Below are positions 1-9,455 of a DNA stretch of 64,000 nucleotides, one piece after another. The translations under genes were made by a program, and so were the position numbers. This DNA is from an uncultured Rhodocyclaceae bacterium. Lineage in GTDB: Bacteria; Pseudomonadota; Gammaproteobacteria; Burkholderiales; Rhodocyclaceae. Within the stretch, counting starts at the first letter, position 1, and every line of letters starts with the position of its first letter. The stretch lies in assembly GCA_937995335.1 (NCBI GenBank), contig CALKIH010000030.1, positions 30,434-94,433 on the forward strand. Reading direction: 5' to 3'. The notes beneath the pieces were generated by a model. The model searched no databases and was not told where the DNA came from. It saw only the letters and a list, made by a program, of their open reading frames with translations.

Positions 1-406
1 CACCCCCGATCGGAAACACCTCGTTGCCTTTGGGGTGCAGGAACGTGATGTCGAAGCCGGCCGCGCCGCGGCGGATTCCGCCCGGTGCGAAGCGCACGCC
101 GTTGGCGCTCAGCCATTCGACCGCTTTGGGCAGGTCGTCGATCCACAGCCCGACATGGTTGAGCGGCGTGGTGTGAACGGCGGGTTTTTTGTCCGGGTCC
201 AGGGGCTGCATCAGGTCGACCTCGACCTTGAACGGGCCCGCGCCCATGGCGCAGATGTCCTCGTCGACATTTTCGCGTTCACTCACGAAATTGCCGGTGA
301 CCTCCAGTCCGAGCTTGTCGACCCAAAGGGTCCGGAGTTTTTCCTTGCTCGGCCCCCCGATCGCGATCTGCTGGATGCCGAGAACCTTGAACGGACGCTG
401 GGTCAT
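1..406 (-). CDS. VOC family protein (glyoxalase / methylmalonyl-CoA epimerase-like); 3' end lies outside the window
   Basis: My own reverse-strand translation from ATG 406..404 gives [40 protein letters not shown]...[27 protein letters not shown]... and stays open to the window edge. A GGAGAG Shine-Dalgarno lies 5 nt upstream. It is absent from the ORF track because no stop falls in the window; + strand ORF 35..490 is its mirror image. Confidence 0.6.
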   Translation of the reverse strand, partial: MTQRPFKVLGIQQIAIGGPSKEKLRTLWVDKLGLEVTGNFVSERENVDEDICAMGAGPFKVEVDLMQPLDPDKKPAVHTTPLNHVGLWIDDLPKAVEWLSANGVRFAPGGIRRGAAGFDITFLHPKGNEVFPIGG

Positions 407-519
407 GTGAACTCTCCATGGTTAAGAATTCATAATTATGGCTGGACTGGCGCCACAGGTCGACTTCTCTCCGGCTTGGTTGCGCTTTGACGAACGGATG
501 CGCTGCGCGGCGTGTAGCC

Positions 520-1935
520 TCAGAGCGCGATCTCGACGCGGTCGCGTCCCGCCGCCTTCGCTCGGTAGAGTGCCATGTCGGCGCGGTGCAGCACGGCATC
601 GATGCTCTCGTCGGCATCCTCGAGACGGGCCAGCCCGATGCTGACCGTCAATTGCTCGGGCAGGCCAAGCGGACCGAGGTCCAGCGCGCCAACCTCGCAG
701 CGCAGCCGCTCGGCGACCTGCTGAGCCTCGGGCAGCGGGCAGGCTGGTAGCAGGATCGCGAACTCCTCGCCGCCGATCCGGCCGACCACGTCGATCGCCC
801 GCACCGTTCGCTGAGCGGCCGCGCCGAAGGCCTTGAGCACCTCGTCGCCCACGGCGTGGCCGAAGCGGTCGTTGACATGCTTGAAATGGTCGAGGTCGAT
901 CAGTAGCAAGGCCAGGGGCTCGCGCGTACGGCGATACCGGTCGATCTCGTTCGCGGCCACTTCGTAGAACCTGCGGCGAGAGCTCACCAGCGTGAGTTCG
1001 TCGGTGGACGCCTGGCGTTCGAGTTCGGCCGTGAGCGTCTTGCGTTCCTGCACCTCATGTGTCAAGGCGAGATTGACCTGCTCGAGACTGGCGTTCGCCC
1101 GCTTCAATGCCGTCTCGGCGGTCTGGGCGCGGGCGAGCAGCCGGCTTGCCTCGTCGCCGCTCTTGAGGCCATTGACCATGCGGTTGAAACCCTCGGTCAG
1201 TTCGCCCATCTCGTCGCAGCGCACCACCGGGAGATTCACCCAGTGCTTCTGCTCGACCTGCCGCATCGCCGCGAGCAGATCGCGTACGGGGCGGAGGACG
1301 ACTTGCCGCACGCCCTGGATCGAGACCATGAAGAAGCCGCATACCAGAATCAGGAAAGCCACCATCCCGACCGCGAACAGGTGCCGCAGGTGTGCGTGTA
1401 CCGCGTTCGTCGACAAGGTGACCTCCAGCCGTCCGAGCGGCATGCGCTGGGCGGGTTCGACGATCGCCGTCGTGACCATGACGACCTTGTCGGTGCCGGC
1501 GTCGGGCACCGTGTGAGCGAAGATCGCCTGTTCGTTTTCATCGAATACCCGGGCGGAGACGAATGCCGGTGTGGCATCGAGCGCGCGCACCTGGGCCTCG
1601 AAGACGCTTTGGTCGAGCGCCCACAAAGGGCGGGCGATGGCTGCGGCGGTGATGTTTGCGGCGGCGTGGGCTTGATCATGGAGGTTGCGCAACTGTTCCC
1701 GGTAGGCGAGCAGGCCGATGCCAAACTGGGTCAGCAGGACGATCAACGCGATGATCGGAAAGGTGACCAGGAACAGTCGTACCCCGATGCCGCAGGCGCG
1801 CAGGGGTGTGCGCCGCAATGGCGCCTCGTGCTCGATGGGGCCGGGTTGGTCGCTCACTGGACTCTCCTCCTGTCGCTGCGCGACATCCTCCGCAAGGGAG
1901 GGCGCGCGCCTTTCGGGCGGCCGGGCGGCGATCAT
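520..1935 (-). CDS. Membrane diguanylate cyclase (2 TM + periplasmic loop, HAMP, GGDEF)
   Basis: ORF 520..2424 trimmed to ATG 1935 (MIAARPP...), which overlaps the stop of the upstream ORF as ATGA (1932-1935). Hydrophobic segments LFLVTFPIIALIVLLTQFGIGLL and LFAVGMVAFLILVCGFFMVSI flank a ~140-aa loop. The C-terminus has a GGEEF active site with RAID (RxxD) 5 residues upstream. Confidence 0.85.
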   Translation of the reverse strand: MIAARPPERRAPSLAEDVAQRQEESPVSDQPGPIEHEAPLRRTPLRACGIGVRLFLVTFPIIALIVLLTQFGIGLLAYREQLRNLHDQAHAAANITAAAIARPLWALDQSVFEAQVRALDATPAFVSARVFDENEQAIFAHTVPDAGTDKVVMVTTAIVEPAQRMPLGRLEVTLSTNAVHAHLRHLFAVGMVAFLILVCGFFMVSIQGVRQVVLRPVRDLLAAMRQVEQKHWVNLPVVRCDEMGELTEGFNRMVNGLKSGDEASRLLARAQTAETALKRANASLEQVNLALTHEVQERKTLTAELERQASTDELTLVSSRRRFYEVAANEIDRYRRTREPLALLLIDLDHFKHVNDRFGHAVGDEVLKAFGAAAQRTVRAIDVVGRIGGEEFAILLPACPLPEAQQVAERLRCEVGALDLGPLGLPEQLTVSIGLARLEDADESIDAVLHRADMALYRAKAAGRDRVEIAL

Positions 1936-2705
1936 GGTTGGTGGGCGATCTTGCGAAAGAGCTGCTTGAGCGTGCCCGCGTCGCGAAGCTGCATGAGCAG
2001 GGATTCGAGTTCGCCGACGCCGGGTGAAACGCCGTGGCGAACCAGCATCCGCAGGCTGTAGTTCTGGTCGGTGAAATCCGAGACCAGCAGGCGGGGTGCG
2101 TATTCGGGGTGGCGCTCGAGATAGTCGTTGAGATAGCTTCTGGTGACGATCGCCTGATCGACGCGGCCTTTCATGATCAACTCGATGCTTGCGGAGTTGG
2201 TGTTGACCAAGGTGATGTCGAACCGCTTGCGCAAGACGTCGGGGTCGGATTCGAAATCCGCGAAGCGGTAGTGGTAGCCCAGAATTCCCGCGATCCGCCG
2301 GCCCTCGAGCGTCGAGAAGAATTGCTGATCGCGCCCTTCGCCCGCGAGGGCGATCCACACTTCGTCGTCGGACAGGAGAGGCGGGCTCTGATCCAGCCGT
2401 GCGCCGATCGACCTCCAGCCCCATTCCATGCTCTCGAAAAAAAGCATGTCGAACTTGCCGTCCTCGAAATCCTGGAACCTACGCCGCGCGGAAGTGAGAA
2501 AAAATTCGAACTGGTATTGATTCTGGATCTCATTGAGCGCGGCGATGAGCGCCAGCGTGATGCCTTCGGGACGGCCGTCCTGCCCCACGATTACGTAAGG
2601 CGGAAACACGTAGCCGCCCACCGTCACAGGTTGCGGCGAAGCCGCCTGGCCCGGGTTGATGAAGACCAGGAGTGTCAGCCAGAGCAAACCGAGCATTCTC
2701 TTCAT
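1932..2705 (-). CDS. Periplasmic solute-binding protein, family 3-like, with no cognate ABC permease/ATPase
   Basis: 257-aa ORF with signal peptide MKRMLGLLWLTLLVFINPGQA. Sequence style resembles amino-acid-type binding proteins. Its stop overlaps the cyclase start. Confidence 0.75.
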   Translation of the reverse strand: MKRMLGLLWLTLLVFINPGQAASPQPVTVGGYVFPPYVIVGQDGRPEGITLALIAALNEIQNQYQFEFFLTSARRRFQDFEDGKFDMLFFESMEWGWRSIGARLDQSPPLLSDDEVWIALAGEGRDQQFFSTLEGRRIAGILGYHYRFADFESDPDVLRKRFDITLVNTNSASIELIMKGRVDQAIVTRSYLNDYLERHPEYAPRLLVSDFTDQNYSLRMLVRHGVSPGVGELESLLMQLRDAGTLKQLFRKIAHQP

Positions 2706-2802
2706 TTGCGGCCTCCCGTCATTCTTGGGTGAAAGTGGGAAGATTCCACGAAAAACCGATCGTCGTCCATCTTTCGCTTCAGGGCCGGCTCAGGCGTCGC
2801 GC

Positions 2803-3516
2803 CTAATCCCAAATGACTTGCGCCGACAGCAGATATCCGGCGCCGTAAACGGTCTTGATCAGGCGAGGCTCCTGCGGATCGTCCTGCAGTTTGCGCCGCA
2901 GGCGCGAGATGCGCACGTCGATGCTGCGGTCGAACGGGTCGACGTCGCGTTCGCCTAGCAGTTGCTCGCGGCTGAGAATGCGATTCGGCTTGAGCAGCAG
3001 GGTGGTGAGCAGGCCCGCCTCGGCGGCCGACAGGCTGGTCCGGCGGCCATTCGCGGCGATCAGCGTGTGTTGGCCGCGGTCGAAGGTCCACTCGGCGAAG
3101 CGCGCGATGCTGCGCTCGCCGTCGACCTCGGCCGGTGCCGCGCGTTGGTAGCGCCGGAGAATCGACCGTACCCGCGCGACCAGCTCACGTGGTTCGAACG
3201 GTTTGACGATGTAGTCGTCGGCGCCCAGCTCGAGCCCCAGCACGCGGTCGGTGAGGTCGTTGCGGCCGGTCAGGATCAACACCGCGCAAGGATTGCCGTC
3301 CTGCAACTCGCGCACGACCTGCATGCCATCCATGTCGGGCAGCCCGAGGTCGATGATGCACAGGTCGGGCGTCGCGCGCTGCGCGCGATCGAGCAACTGC
3401 CGCCCGGTCGCTGCGTGCTCGCAGCGAAATCCGTACTCCGACAGGCTGGTGCAGATCAGGTGTGCGATCTCGGTCTCATCTTCGAGCACGAGTATGGTCG
3501 GATTGGAGGGACTCAT
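2803..3516 (-). CDS. OmpR/PhoB-family response regulator
   Basis: Receiver domain with VLEDE, IIDLGLPDMDG, LILTG and VKPF. C-terminal winged helix ends ...RLIKTVYGAGYLL. Its start overlaps the kinase stop by 4 nt. Confidence 0.92.
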   Translation of the reverse strand: MSPSNPTILVLEDETEIAHLICTSLSEYGFRCEHAATGRQLLDRAQRATPDLCIIDLGLPDMDGMQVVRELQDGNPCAVLILTGRNDLTDRVLGLELGADDYIVKPFEPRELVARVRSILRRYQRAAPAEVDGERSIARFAEWTFDRGQHTLIAANGRRTSLSAAEAGLLTTLLLKPNRILSREQLLGERDVDPFDRSIDVRISRLRRKLQDDPQEPRLIKTVYGAGYLLSAQVIWD

Positions 3517-5576
3517 GGCGTGTTCGTGTCCTTTTGGCTTTCCAGCGCGCGCAACGCGGCTTCCAGGTCCGCGCGTTCGAACGGCTTGCGAAGCACCGGG
3601 ATGTCGATGTCCGTCAAGTCCACCAGGGCGCTGTCGCTCGCATAGCCGGTGATCAACAATACCGGAAGATCGGGCCGCAACGCGCGCGCGCGCAGCGCCA
3701 GTTCCCTACCGCCGAGCCCGCCCGGCATCACCGTGTCGGTGATCAGGGTGGCGATGTCGGGTACGTTTTCGAGCAGCACCGCCGCCTCGGGGCCGTCGGC
3801 CGCCTCAAGCACCGGGTAGCCCAGGGCGGACAGCTGCAGGCGGATCACCCGTCTCACCGCCTGCTCGTCTTCCACCAGCAAGACCGGACCCCGCGGCTGG
3901 ATCGTGGCCGCCGCGACGGGTTCGGCGGTGGCAGGGGATGCCGGCGGCTCGGTGCGGGGCAGCACGAAGGTAACGACCGTGCCCTTGCCGGGGGTGCTCC
4001 TGACCCGGATGTTGCCGCCCGACTGGCGCACGAAGCCATAAACCATCGACAGCCCGAGTCCGCTGCCACGGCCGAAGGGTTTGGTGGTGAAAAAAGGTTC
4101 GAACACTTTGACCAGCGCATCCGGCGCGATCCCGCTGCCGGTGTCGGACACTTCGAGCTGCACATAGTTGCCGGTGGGGAGCTCGGTGATCCGCGATTGC
4201 GCTTCGGGGATGAAGCGCTCGCCGACCCTGACGGTGAGGTCGCCGCCGTCGGGCATGGCGTCGCGTGCATTCAGCGCGAGGTTCAGCAGCGCGTTTTCGA
4301 GCTGATGCGGATCGACCAGCGCATGCAGGGGTTCGTCCGGCAAGTGGGTGTGGATGCGGATGTTCTCGGTAAGCGAGCGGCGCAGCAGGTGCGTCATGTT
4401 GACGACCAGGCCGGCGATTTCGACCGTTTGTGGCTCGAGCGTCTGGCGGCGCGAAAAAGTCAGGAGGCGCTTGATCAGCTCGGCGCCGCGTTGGGCCGCC
4501 TGAAGGGCTGGATCGACGAATTCGAGCGCCGGGCTGCTCGTCGGGCTGCGCTCCTTGAGCGTGGCCAGATTGCCGATGATGATCGACAGGAGGTTGTTGA
4601 AGTCGTGGGCCAGGCCGCCGGTCAGTTGGCCGACCGCTTCCATCTTCTGCGCCTGGATCAGGGCCGCCTGGTTCGCTTTCTGCTCGGTGATGTCGATTGA
4701 CAGCACGAAAAAGCCCAGCACTTCGCCGGCGTCGTTCGTTTCGGGCACGACCACGCTGCGCGCGTACAGGGTCCGTTCCTTCGGCTGTCGGCGCGCATAC
4801 TCGTAGCTGACCCGCTCGCCGGTCTTCGCGACCGCGAGATGGGGGGTGATCTGGGCGTAAGCATCGGGGCCGAAGATCTCGGAAATCGTCCGGCCGACGA
4901 TTTCGTCGTTGCCCAGGCCGAACCATTCGGCGTAGCCCTTGTTGGCAAACTCGTACACCTCGTCGCGATCGACGTAGGCGATGAGCGCCGGAATCGAATC
5001 GATGATCAGGCGCAGGCGCGCTTCCGAGCGGCGTAGCGCGTCCGCGATCTGGTCGATCTCGGCGTTGGCCTGGGCAAGGCGCGAATTCGCATTCTCGAGT
5101 TCGCGGGTGCGCACGCTGACGCGCGCTTCGAGGATCGTGTTTTGTTGCTGGATCACCTCTTCGTAGCGGCGTTGGTCGGTGATGTCGGTCCACAGCGAAA
5201 CGAAACCGAGGTTGGGGATGGGGACGCCCCGGATCGCGAGGATGCGTCCGTTCGGCCGGGTGCGTTCGGTGTAGTGGGGCTGGAAGGAGCGGGCCGCGGC
5301 CATCCGCTCGGCGATGATGGCTTCCAGATCCCCCTCGCCATACTCGCCCCGGGATGCGTTGAAACGCACCAGATCCTCGAACGGCAATCCAACCTTCAAC
5401 ATCGACTCGGGGAAGTCCAGCAGGCGCAGCAGCGACTTGTTCCAGGTGACCAGGCGCGGAGTGGCATCGAAAACCGCGATCGCCTGATCGAGCAGATCGA
5501 GACCGGCGAGCAGCAGATCGTAGCGGCGACGCTGCTCGGCGGTCGGCGTGGGCTCGGATGGCTTTGGTTGGGTCAT
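3513..5576 (-). CDS. Cytoplasmic PAS-PAS hybrid sensor histidine kinase with canonical C-terminal receiver
   Basis: ORF 3513..5783 trimmed to ATG 5576 (MTQPKPSEP...). No TM segment. H-box LTGGLAHDFNNLLS, an HATPase region, and a receiver with VEDE, LITDTVMP, LLITG and RKPF. Confidence 0.85.
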   Translation of the reverse strand: MTQPKPSEPTPTAEQRRRYDLLLAGLDLLDQAIAVFDATPRLVTWNKSLLRLLDFPESMLKVGLPFEDLVRFNASRGEYGEGDLEAIIAERMAAARSFQPHYTERTRPNGRILAIRGVPIPNLGFVSLWTDITDQRRYEEVIQQQNTILEARVSVRTRELENANSRLAQANAEIDQIADALRRSEARLRLIIDSIPALIAYVDRDEVYEFANKGYAEWFGLGNDEIVGRTISEIFGPDAYAQITPHLAVAKTGERVSYEYARRQPKERTLYARSVVVPETNDAGEVLGFFVLSIDITEQKANQAALIQAQKMEAVGQLTGGLAHDFNNLLSIIIGNLATLKERSPTSSPALEFVDPALQAAQRGAELIKRLLTFSRRQTLEPQTVEIAGLVVNMTHLLRRSLTENIRIHTHLPDEPLHALVDPHQLENALLNLALNARDAMPDGGDLTVRVGERFIPEAQSRITELPTGNYVQLEVSDTGSGIAPDALVKVFEPFFTTKPFGRGSGLGLSMVYGFVRQSGGNIRVRSTPGKGTVVTFVLPRTEPPASPATAEPVAAATIQPRGPVLLVEDEQAVRRVIRLQLSALGYPVLEAADGPEAAVLLENVPDIATLITDTVMPGGLGGRELALRARALRPDLPVLLITGYASDSALVDLTDIDIPVLRKPFERADLEAALRALESQKDTNTP

Positions 5577-5631
5577 GCCGGGGCGGATTTCAGCATTGAG
5601 CGGGGTCCAGAATGTGCCGCAGACAGATGGT

Positions 5632-5665
5632 GTCACAATTCGATACATTGACAAAACTTTGCGCA
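5632..5665 (+). promoter_or_regulatory. Copy A of a shared upstream element (GTCACAATTCGATACATTGACAAAACTTTGCGCA)
   Basis: Matches 16215-16249 at 29/35 aligned positions (18/19 in the 5' block). Lies in the divergent kinase/icmF intergenic region. Confidence 0.45.
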
Positions 5666-5818
5666 CGCCCGCTGCTGCAGCGTGGTGTGCCGGCGGCTTT
5701 TCCGGCGAACGCGCCCGACGGGTCGATGTGGCTGCGGCGTTGGGAATGTGAAGCACGGATGACGCCAAGCGTCTATGCTGCAAAGGCTGCCCGATGCAGC
5801 AGGGTCAAGCAAAGACAA

Positions 5819-5848
5819 GTTGACGTTCACGTCAACGGCAACTAAAGT
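5819..5848 (+). promoter_or_regulatory. Putative icmF promoter (TTGACG-17-TAAAGT) overlapped by perfect palindrome GTTGACGT-TC-ACGTCAAC
   Basis: -35 at 5820-5825, -10 at 5843-5848. The 8-2-8 inverted repeat at 5819-5836 covers the -35 and the spacer. AAGGAGA ribosome-binding site at 5911-5917 precedes ATG 5928. Confidence 0.5.
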
Positions 5849-5927
5849 TCGTAACTGCATAATCATTCGACGCCCGGCGCGTACTGCGTGATCGGGCTGC
5901 GCCCTCGAGAACAAGGAGACGAGACGT

Positions 5928-8900
5928 ATGACCGATCTGAGCGTGAGCAAGAAGCTGGTTTCTTACAAGCCCAAGAACAAGGTCCGCTTCATCACAGCGG
6001 CGGCGCTGTTCGACGGGCATGACGCGTCGATCAACATCATGCGTCGCATCCTTCAGGCCACCGGCGCCGAGGTGATCCACCTCGGCCACAACCGTTCGGT
6101 GGGCGAGATCGTCAACGCTGCGCTGCAGGAAGACGTGCAGGGGATTGCCATCACCAGCTATCAGGGCGGGCATGTCGAGTTCTTCAAGTACATGATCGAC
6201 CTGTTGCGCGCCAATGGTGGCGACAACATCAAGGTGTTCGGCGGTGGCGGCGGCGTGATCGTGCCGTCCGAGATCAAGGAACTCCACGCCTACGGTGTGG
6301 CCCGGATCTTCTCGCCCGAAGACGGCGCCACGATGGGGCTGCAGGGCATGATCAACGGGGTGGTCGAGCAAGCCGACTACGACCTGACCGATGCCGCGCC
6401 GAAGAAGGCGGATGAGCTCGTCAAGGCGCTCAGGTCGGGCAATCGCCGCACCCTCGCCAAGGTCATCACCGCGCTCGAGAACGGCGGCTGTGACGCCGAC
6501 GCCAAACAGGCGATCAAGGATGCCGCCGCCAAGGTCGCGACCCCCACGCTGGGCATCACCGGCACCGGCGGCGCCGGCAAGAGCTCGCTCACCGACGAAC
6601 TGGTGCGCCGCTTCCGGCTCGACCACCAGGATGCGCTCAAGGTCGCGATCGTGTCGATCGACCCGTCGCGCAAGCGCACCGGCGGCGCCTTGCTGGGCGA
6701 CCGCATCCGCATGAACGCGATCGAGCACGAACACATCTACATGCGCTCGCTCGCCACCCGTGATACCGGCTCGGAAGTCTCGGCGGCGCTGCCCGAAGTG
6801 ATCGCGGCGTGCAAGCTTTCGGGCTTCGACCTGGTCATCGTCGAAACTTCCGGCATCGGCCAGGGCAACGCGGCGATCGTGCCCTTCGTCGATCTGTCGC
6901 TCTATGTGATGACGCCCGAATTCGGTGCGGCGAGCCAACTCGAGAAGATCGACATGCTCGACTTCGCCGATTTCGTCGCGATCAACAAGTTCGACCGCAA
7001 GGGCGCCGAAGACGCGTTGCGCGACGTGCGCAAGCAGTACCAGCGCAACCGCGAGCTGTTTTCGCAGGCCACCGAGGCGATGCCGGTGTTCGGCACGATG
7101 GCGGCGCGTTTCAACGACGATGGCGTGACCGCGCTGTACCAGGCCGTGTTGCCGCAGCTCGTGGCCAAGGGCCTCAAGGTCAAGGCGGGCAAGCTGCCGC
7201 TGGTCACGGTGAAGGCGTCCTCGCCCGGGCGCGCGATCGTGCCGCCCGAGCGCACCCGCTACCTGGCCGAGATCGCCGACACGGTGCGTGGTTATCACAA
7301 GCACATCGAGCAGCAGGCACGGGCCGCGCGCGAGCGCCAGTCGCTGAAGACCGCCAAGACACTGTTCGAACAATGCGGCAAGGGCGCCGGTGCCCAGCTG
7401 GCGACCTTCGACGAGTTGATCGACTGGAAGGACGGCGAGCTCACCCCGGCGGCGAAGAAGCTGCTGGAGCAGTGGCCCACCACCAAGGCGCTGTACGCCG
7501 CCGACGAATACGTGGTCAAGATCCGCGACAAGGAAATCCGCACCCAGCTCACCAGCCAGTCGCTGTCGGGCAGCAAGATCCGCAAGGTCGCACTGCCGGG
7601 ATTCGACGACGACGGCGAGTCGCTCAAATTCTTGATGAAGGAGAACGTGCCCGGCTCGTTCCCGTTCACCGCCGGCGTGTTCGCGTTCAAGCGCGAGGGC
7701 GAGGACCCCACCCGGATGTTCGCCGGCGAGGGCGACGCGTTTCGTACCAACCGCCGCTTCAAGCGGGTGTCCGAAGGCATGCCGGCGCACCGGCTCAGCA
7801 CCGCGTTCGACTCGGTCACGCTGTACGGCTGCGATCCCGACCTGCGCCCCGACATCTACGGCAAGATCGGCAACTCCGGGGTCAGCATCGCGACCCTCGA
7901 CGACATGAAGGTGCTCTACGACGGCTTCGACCTGTGCGCGCCCACCACCAGCGTGTCGATGACGATCAACGGCCCGGCCCCGATCATTCTCGCGTTCTAT
8001 TTCAACACCGCGCTCGACCAGCAGATCGCCAAGTTCAAGGCCGACAACCATCGCGAGCCGACCGAAGACGAAGCGCAGAAGATTCGCGAATGGACGCTGT
8101 CGACCGTGCGCGGCACGGTGCAGGCCGACATCCTCAAGGAAGACCAGGGCCAGAACACCTGCATCTTCAGCACCGAGTTCGCGCTGAAGATGATGGGTGA
8201 CATCCAGGAGTATTTCGTCCATCACGACATCGGCAATTTCTACTCGGTGTCGATCTCCGGCTATCACATCGCCGAGGCCGGCGCGAACCCGATCAGCCAG
8301 CTCGCGTTCACGCTGTCGAACGGCTTCACCTATGTCGAAAGCTATCTCGCGCGCGGCATGCACATCGACGACTTCGCGCCGAACCTCAGCTTTTTCTTCA
8401 GCAACGGCATGGACCCGGAATACTCGGTGATCGGCCGCGTCGCCCGCCGCATCTGGGCGGTGGCGATGAAGAACAAGTACGGCGCCAACGAGCGCAGCCA
8501 GAAGCTCAAGTACCACATCCAGACCAGCGGCCGCAGCCTGCACGCCCAGGAGATGGATTTCAACGACATCCGCACCACGCTGCAGGCCTTGATCGCGATC
8601 TACGACAACTGCAATTCGCTGCACACCAACGCGTTCGACGAGGCGATCACCACCCCGACCGAGGAGTCGGTGCGGCGGGCGATGGCGATCCAGCTCGTCA
8701 TCAACCGCGAATGGGGCCTGGCCAAGAACGAGAACCCCAACCAGGGCGCCTTCATCATCGACGAGCTCACCGACCTGGTCGAAGAAGCGGTGCTGAAGGA
8801 GTTCGAGGCCATCGCCAGCCGCGGCGGCGTGCTCGGCGCGATGGAGACCGGTTACCAGCGCGGCAAGATCCAGGAGGAGTCGCTGTACTACGAGCACAAG

Positions 8901-9206
8901 AAGCACGACGGCTCCTACCCGATCATCGGCGTGAATACCTTCCTCAACCCCAAGGGCCAAGCGCAGCAGGAGATCGAACTGGCGCGCTCGACCGAGGACG
9001 AGAAGCAAGGCCAGCTCAAGCGCCTTGCCGATTTCCACACTCGCAACAAAGCCGAAGCACCCAAGTGGCAGGCGAAGCTCAAGCAGGCCGTGATCGAGGA
9101 CGGCAACGTGTTCGCGGTGCTGGTCGACGCGGTGCGCTACTGCTCGCTGGGGCAGATCACCAGCGCATTGTATGAAGTGGGCGGGCAGTACCGGCGCAGC
9201 ATGTAG
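5928..9206 (+). CDS. icmF: Fused isobutyryl-CoA mutase (B12-binding domain + MeaB-like GTPase + mutase catalytic domain)
   Basis: 1092 aa. N-terminal B12 domain ([11 protein letters not shown]...), P-loop [12 protein letters not shown] in the middle G-protein domain, and a C-terminal acyl-CoA mutase barrel. This tripartite order is diagnostic of IcmF. Confidence 0.93.
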   Translation: MTDLSVSKKLVSYKPKNKVRFITAAALFDGHDASINIMRRILQATGAEVIHLGHNRSVGEIVNAALQEDVQGIAITSYQGGHVEFFKYMIDLLRANGGDNIKVFGGGGGVIVPSEIKELHAYGVARIFSPEDGATMGLQGMINGVVEQADYDLTDAAPKKADELVKALRSGNRRTLAKVITALENGGCDADAKQAIKDAAAKVATPTLGITGTGGAGKSSLTDELVRRFRLDHQDALKVAIVSIDPSRKRTGGALLGDRIRMNAIEHEHIYMRSLATRDTGSEVSAALPEVIAACKLSGFDLVIVETSGIGQGNAAIVPFVDLSLYVMTPEFGAASQLEKIDMLDFADFVAINKFDRKGAEDALRDVRKQYQRNRELFSQATEAMPVFGTMAARFNDDGVTALYQAVLPQLVAKGLKVKAGKLPLVTVKASSPGRAIVPPERTRYLAEIADTVRGYHKHIEQQARAARERQSLKTAKTLFEQCGKGAGAQLATFDELIDWKDGELTPAAKKLLEQWPTTKALYAADEYVVKIRDKEIRTQLTSQSLSGSKIRKVALPGFDDDGESLKFLMKENVPGSFPFTAGVFAFKREGEDPTRMFAGEGDAFRTNRRFKRVSEGMPAHRLSTAFDSVTLYGCDPDLRPDIYGKIGNSGVSIATLDDMKVLYDGFDLCAPTTSVSMTINGPAPIILAFYFNTALDQQIAKFKADNHREPTEDEAQKIREWTLSTVRGTVQADILKEDQGQNTCIFSTEFALKMMGDIQEYFVHHDIGNFYSVSISGYHIAEAGANPISQLAFTLSNGFTYVESYLARGMHIDDFAPNLSFFFSNGMDPEYSVIGRVARRIWAVAMKNKYGANERSQKLKYHIQTSGRSLHAQEMDFNDIRTTLQALIAIYDNCNSLHTNAFDEAITTPTEESVRRAMAIQLVINREWGLAKNENPNQGAFIIDELTDLVEEAVLKEFEAIASRGGVLGAMETGYQRGKIQEESLYYEHKKHDGSYPIIGVNTFLNPKGQAQQEIELARSTEDEKQGQLKRLADFHTRNKAEAPKWQAKLKQAVIEDGNVFAVLVDAVRYCSLGQITSALYEVGGQYRRSM

Positions 9207-9230
9207 GCGCACACGGTACTGACAGGAAAC

Positions 9231-9260
9231 GAAACGGCGCCGCGCGGCGCCGTTTCTGTT
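9231..9260 (+). terminator. Intrinsic terminator after icmF
   Basis: GAAACGGCGC (9231-9240) pairs with GCGCCGTTTC (9247-9256) and is followed by TGTT. Confidence 0.7.
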
Positions 9261-9423
9261 GATGGAACGGGCGCACGGAAAGACCATCGGCTTGGATACG
9301 CAAGAGGGGTTGCCCGTCTTGCAAACGGGGCGGGCAGAGCGAAACGATATCCATCGCCCTGGGCGCTATGCCGCTGTGCTGCGCTTGAGCCGTGGTCCCA
9401 GGACATACGGGAGCGCATCTAAG

Positions 9424-9455
9424 ATTCGCTACAATTCAGCAATGCTTGTGCAAAG
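9424..9455 (+). promoter_or_regulatory. Copy C (diverged) of the shared upstream element
   Basis: ATTCGCTACAATTCAGCAATGCTTGTGCAAAG keeps ATTCGnTACAwT and TTGyGCAA at the same 22-23-nt offset as copies A and B. It lies 82-113 nt upstream of the ABC ATPase start. Confidence 0.35.

Noticed and set aside
5638-5665. Reading the shared element as a sigma54 promoter (TTGC as the -12 box), a CRP/FNR site or a PsrA-type site.
   Set aside because: There is no GG dinucleotide at the -24 position in any copy. The TGTGA-N6-TCACA and TTGAT-N4-ATCAA patterns are absent. Only partial CAAA-N2-4-TTTG symmetry is present, which is too weak to assign to PsrA.
5612-5845. Small + strand ORFs reading through the shared element and giving similar peptides (..QFDTLTKLCA.. 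at 5612..5845 and ..PFDTLCKQLRK.. at 16114..16329).
   Set aside because: The peptide similarity is only the translated shadow of the DNA motif. Similarity does not extend beyond it, codon usage is poor, and copy C is in no comparable ORF.
5849-5927. Cobalamin riboswitch upstream of the B12-dependent icmF.
   Set aside because: The predicted 5' UTR is only ~80 nt, and I could not see a B12-box-like conserved core. Mutase genes are also not typical riboswitch targets.
5832-9287. 1151-aa ORF antisense to icmF. Similar giants occur at 15197..18124, 19104..21398, 9513..11024 and 22918..24759 on the minus strand.
   Set aside because: These are typical stop-codon-poor mirror frames of high-GC genes. 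The translations are Arg/Ala/Gly/His-rich low-complexity sequence with no recognisable domains, and each fully overlaps a sense gene with clear family signatures.
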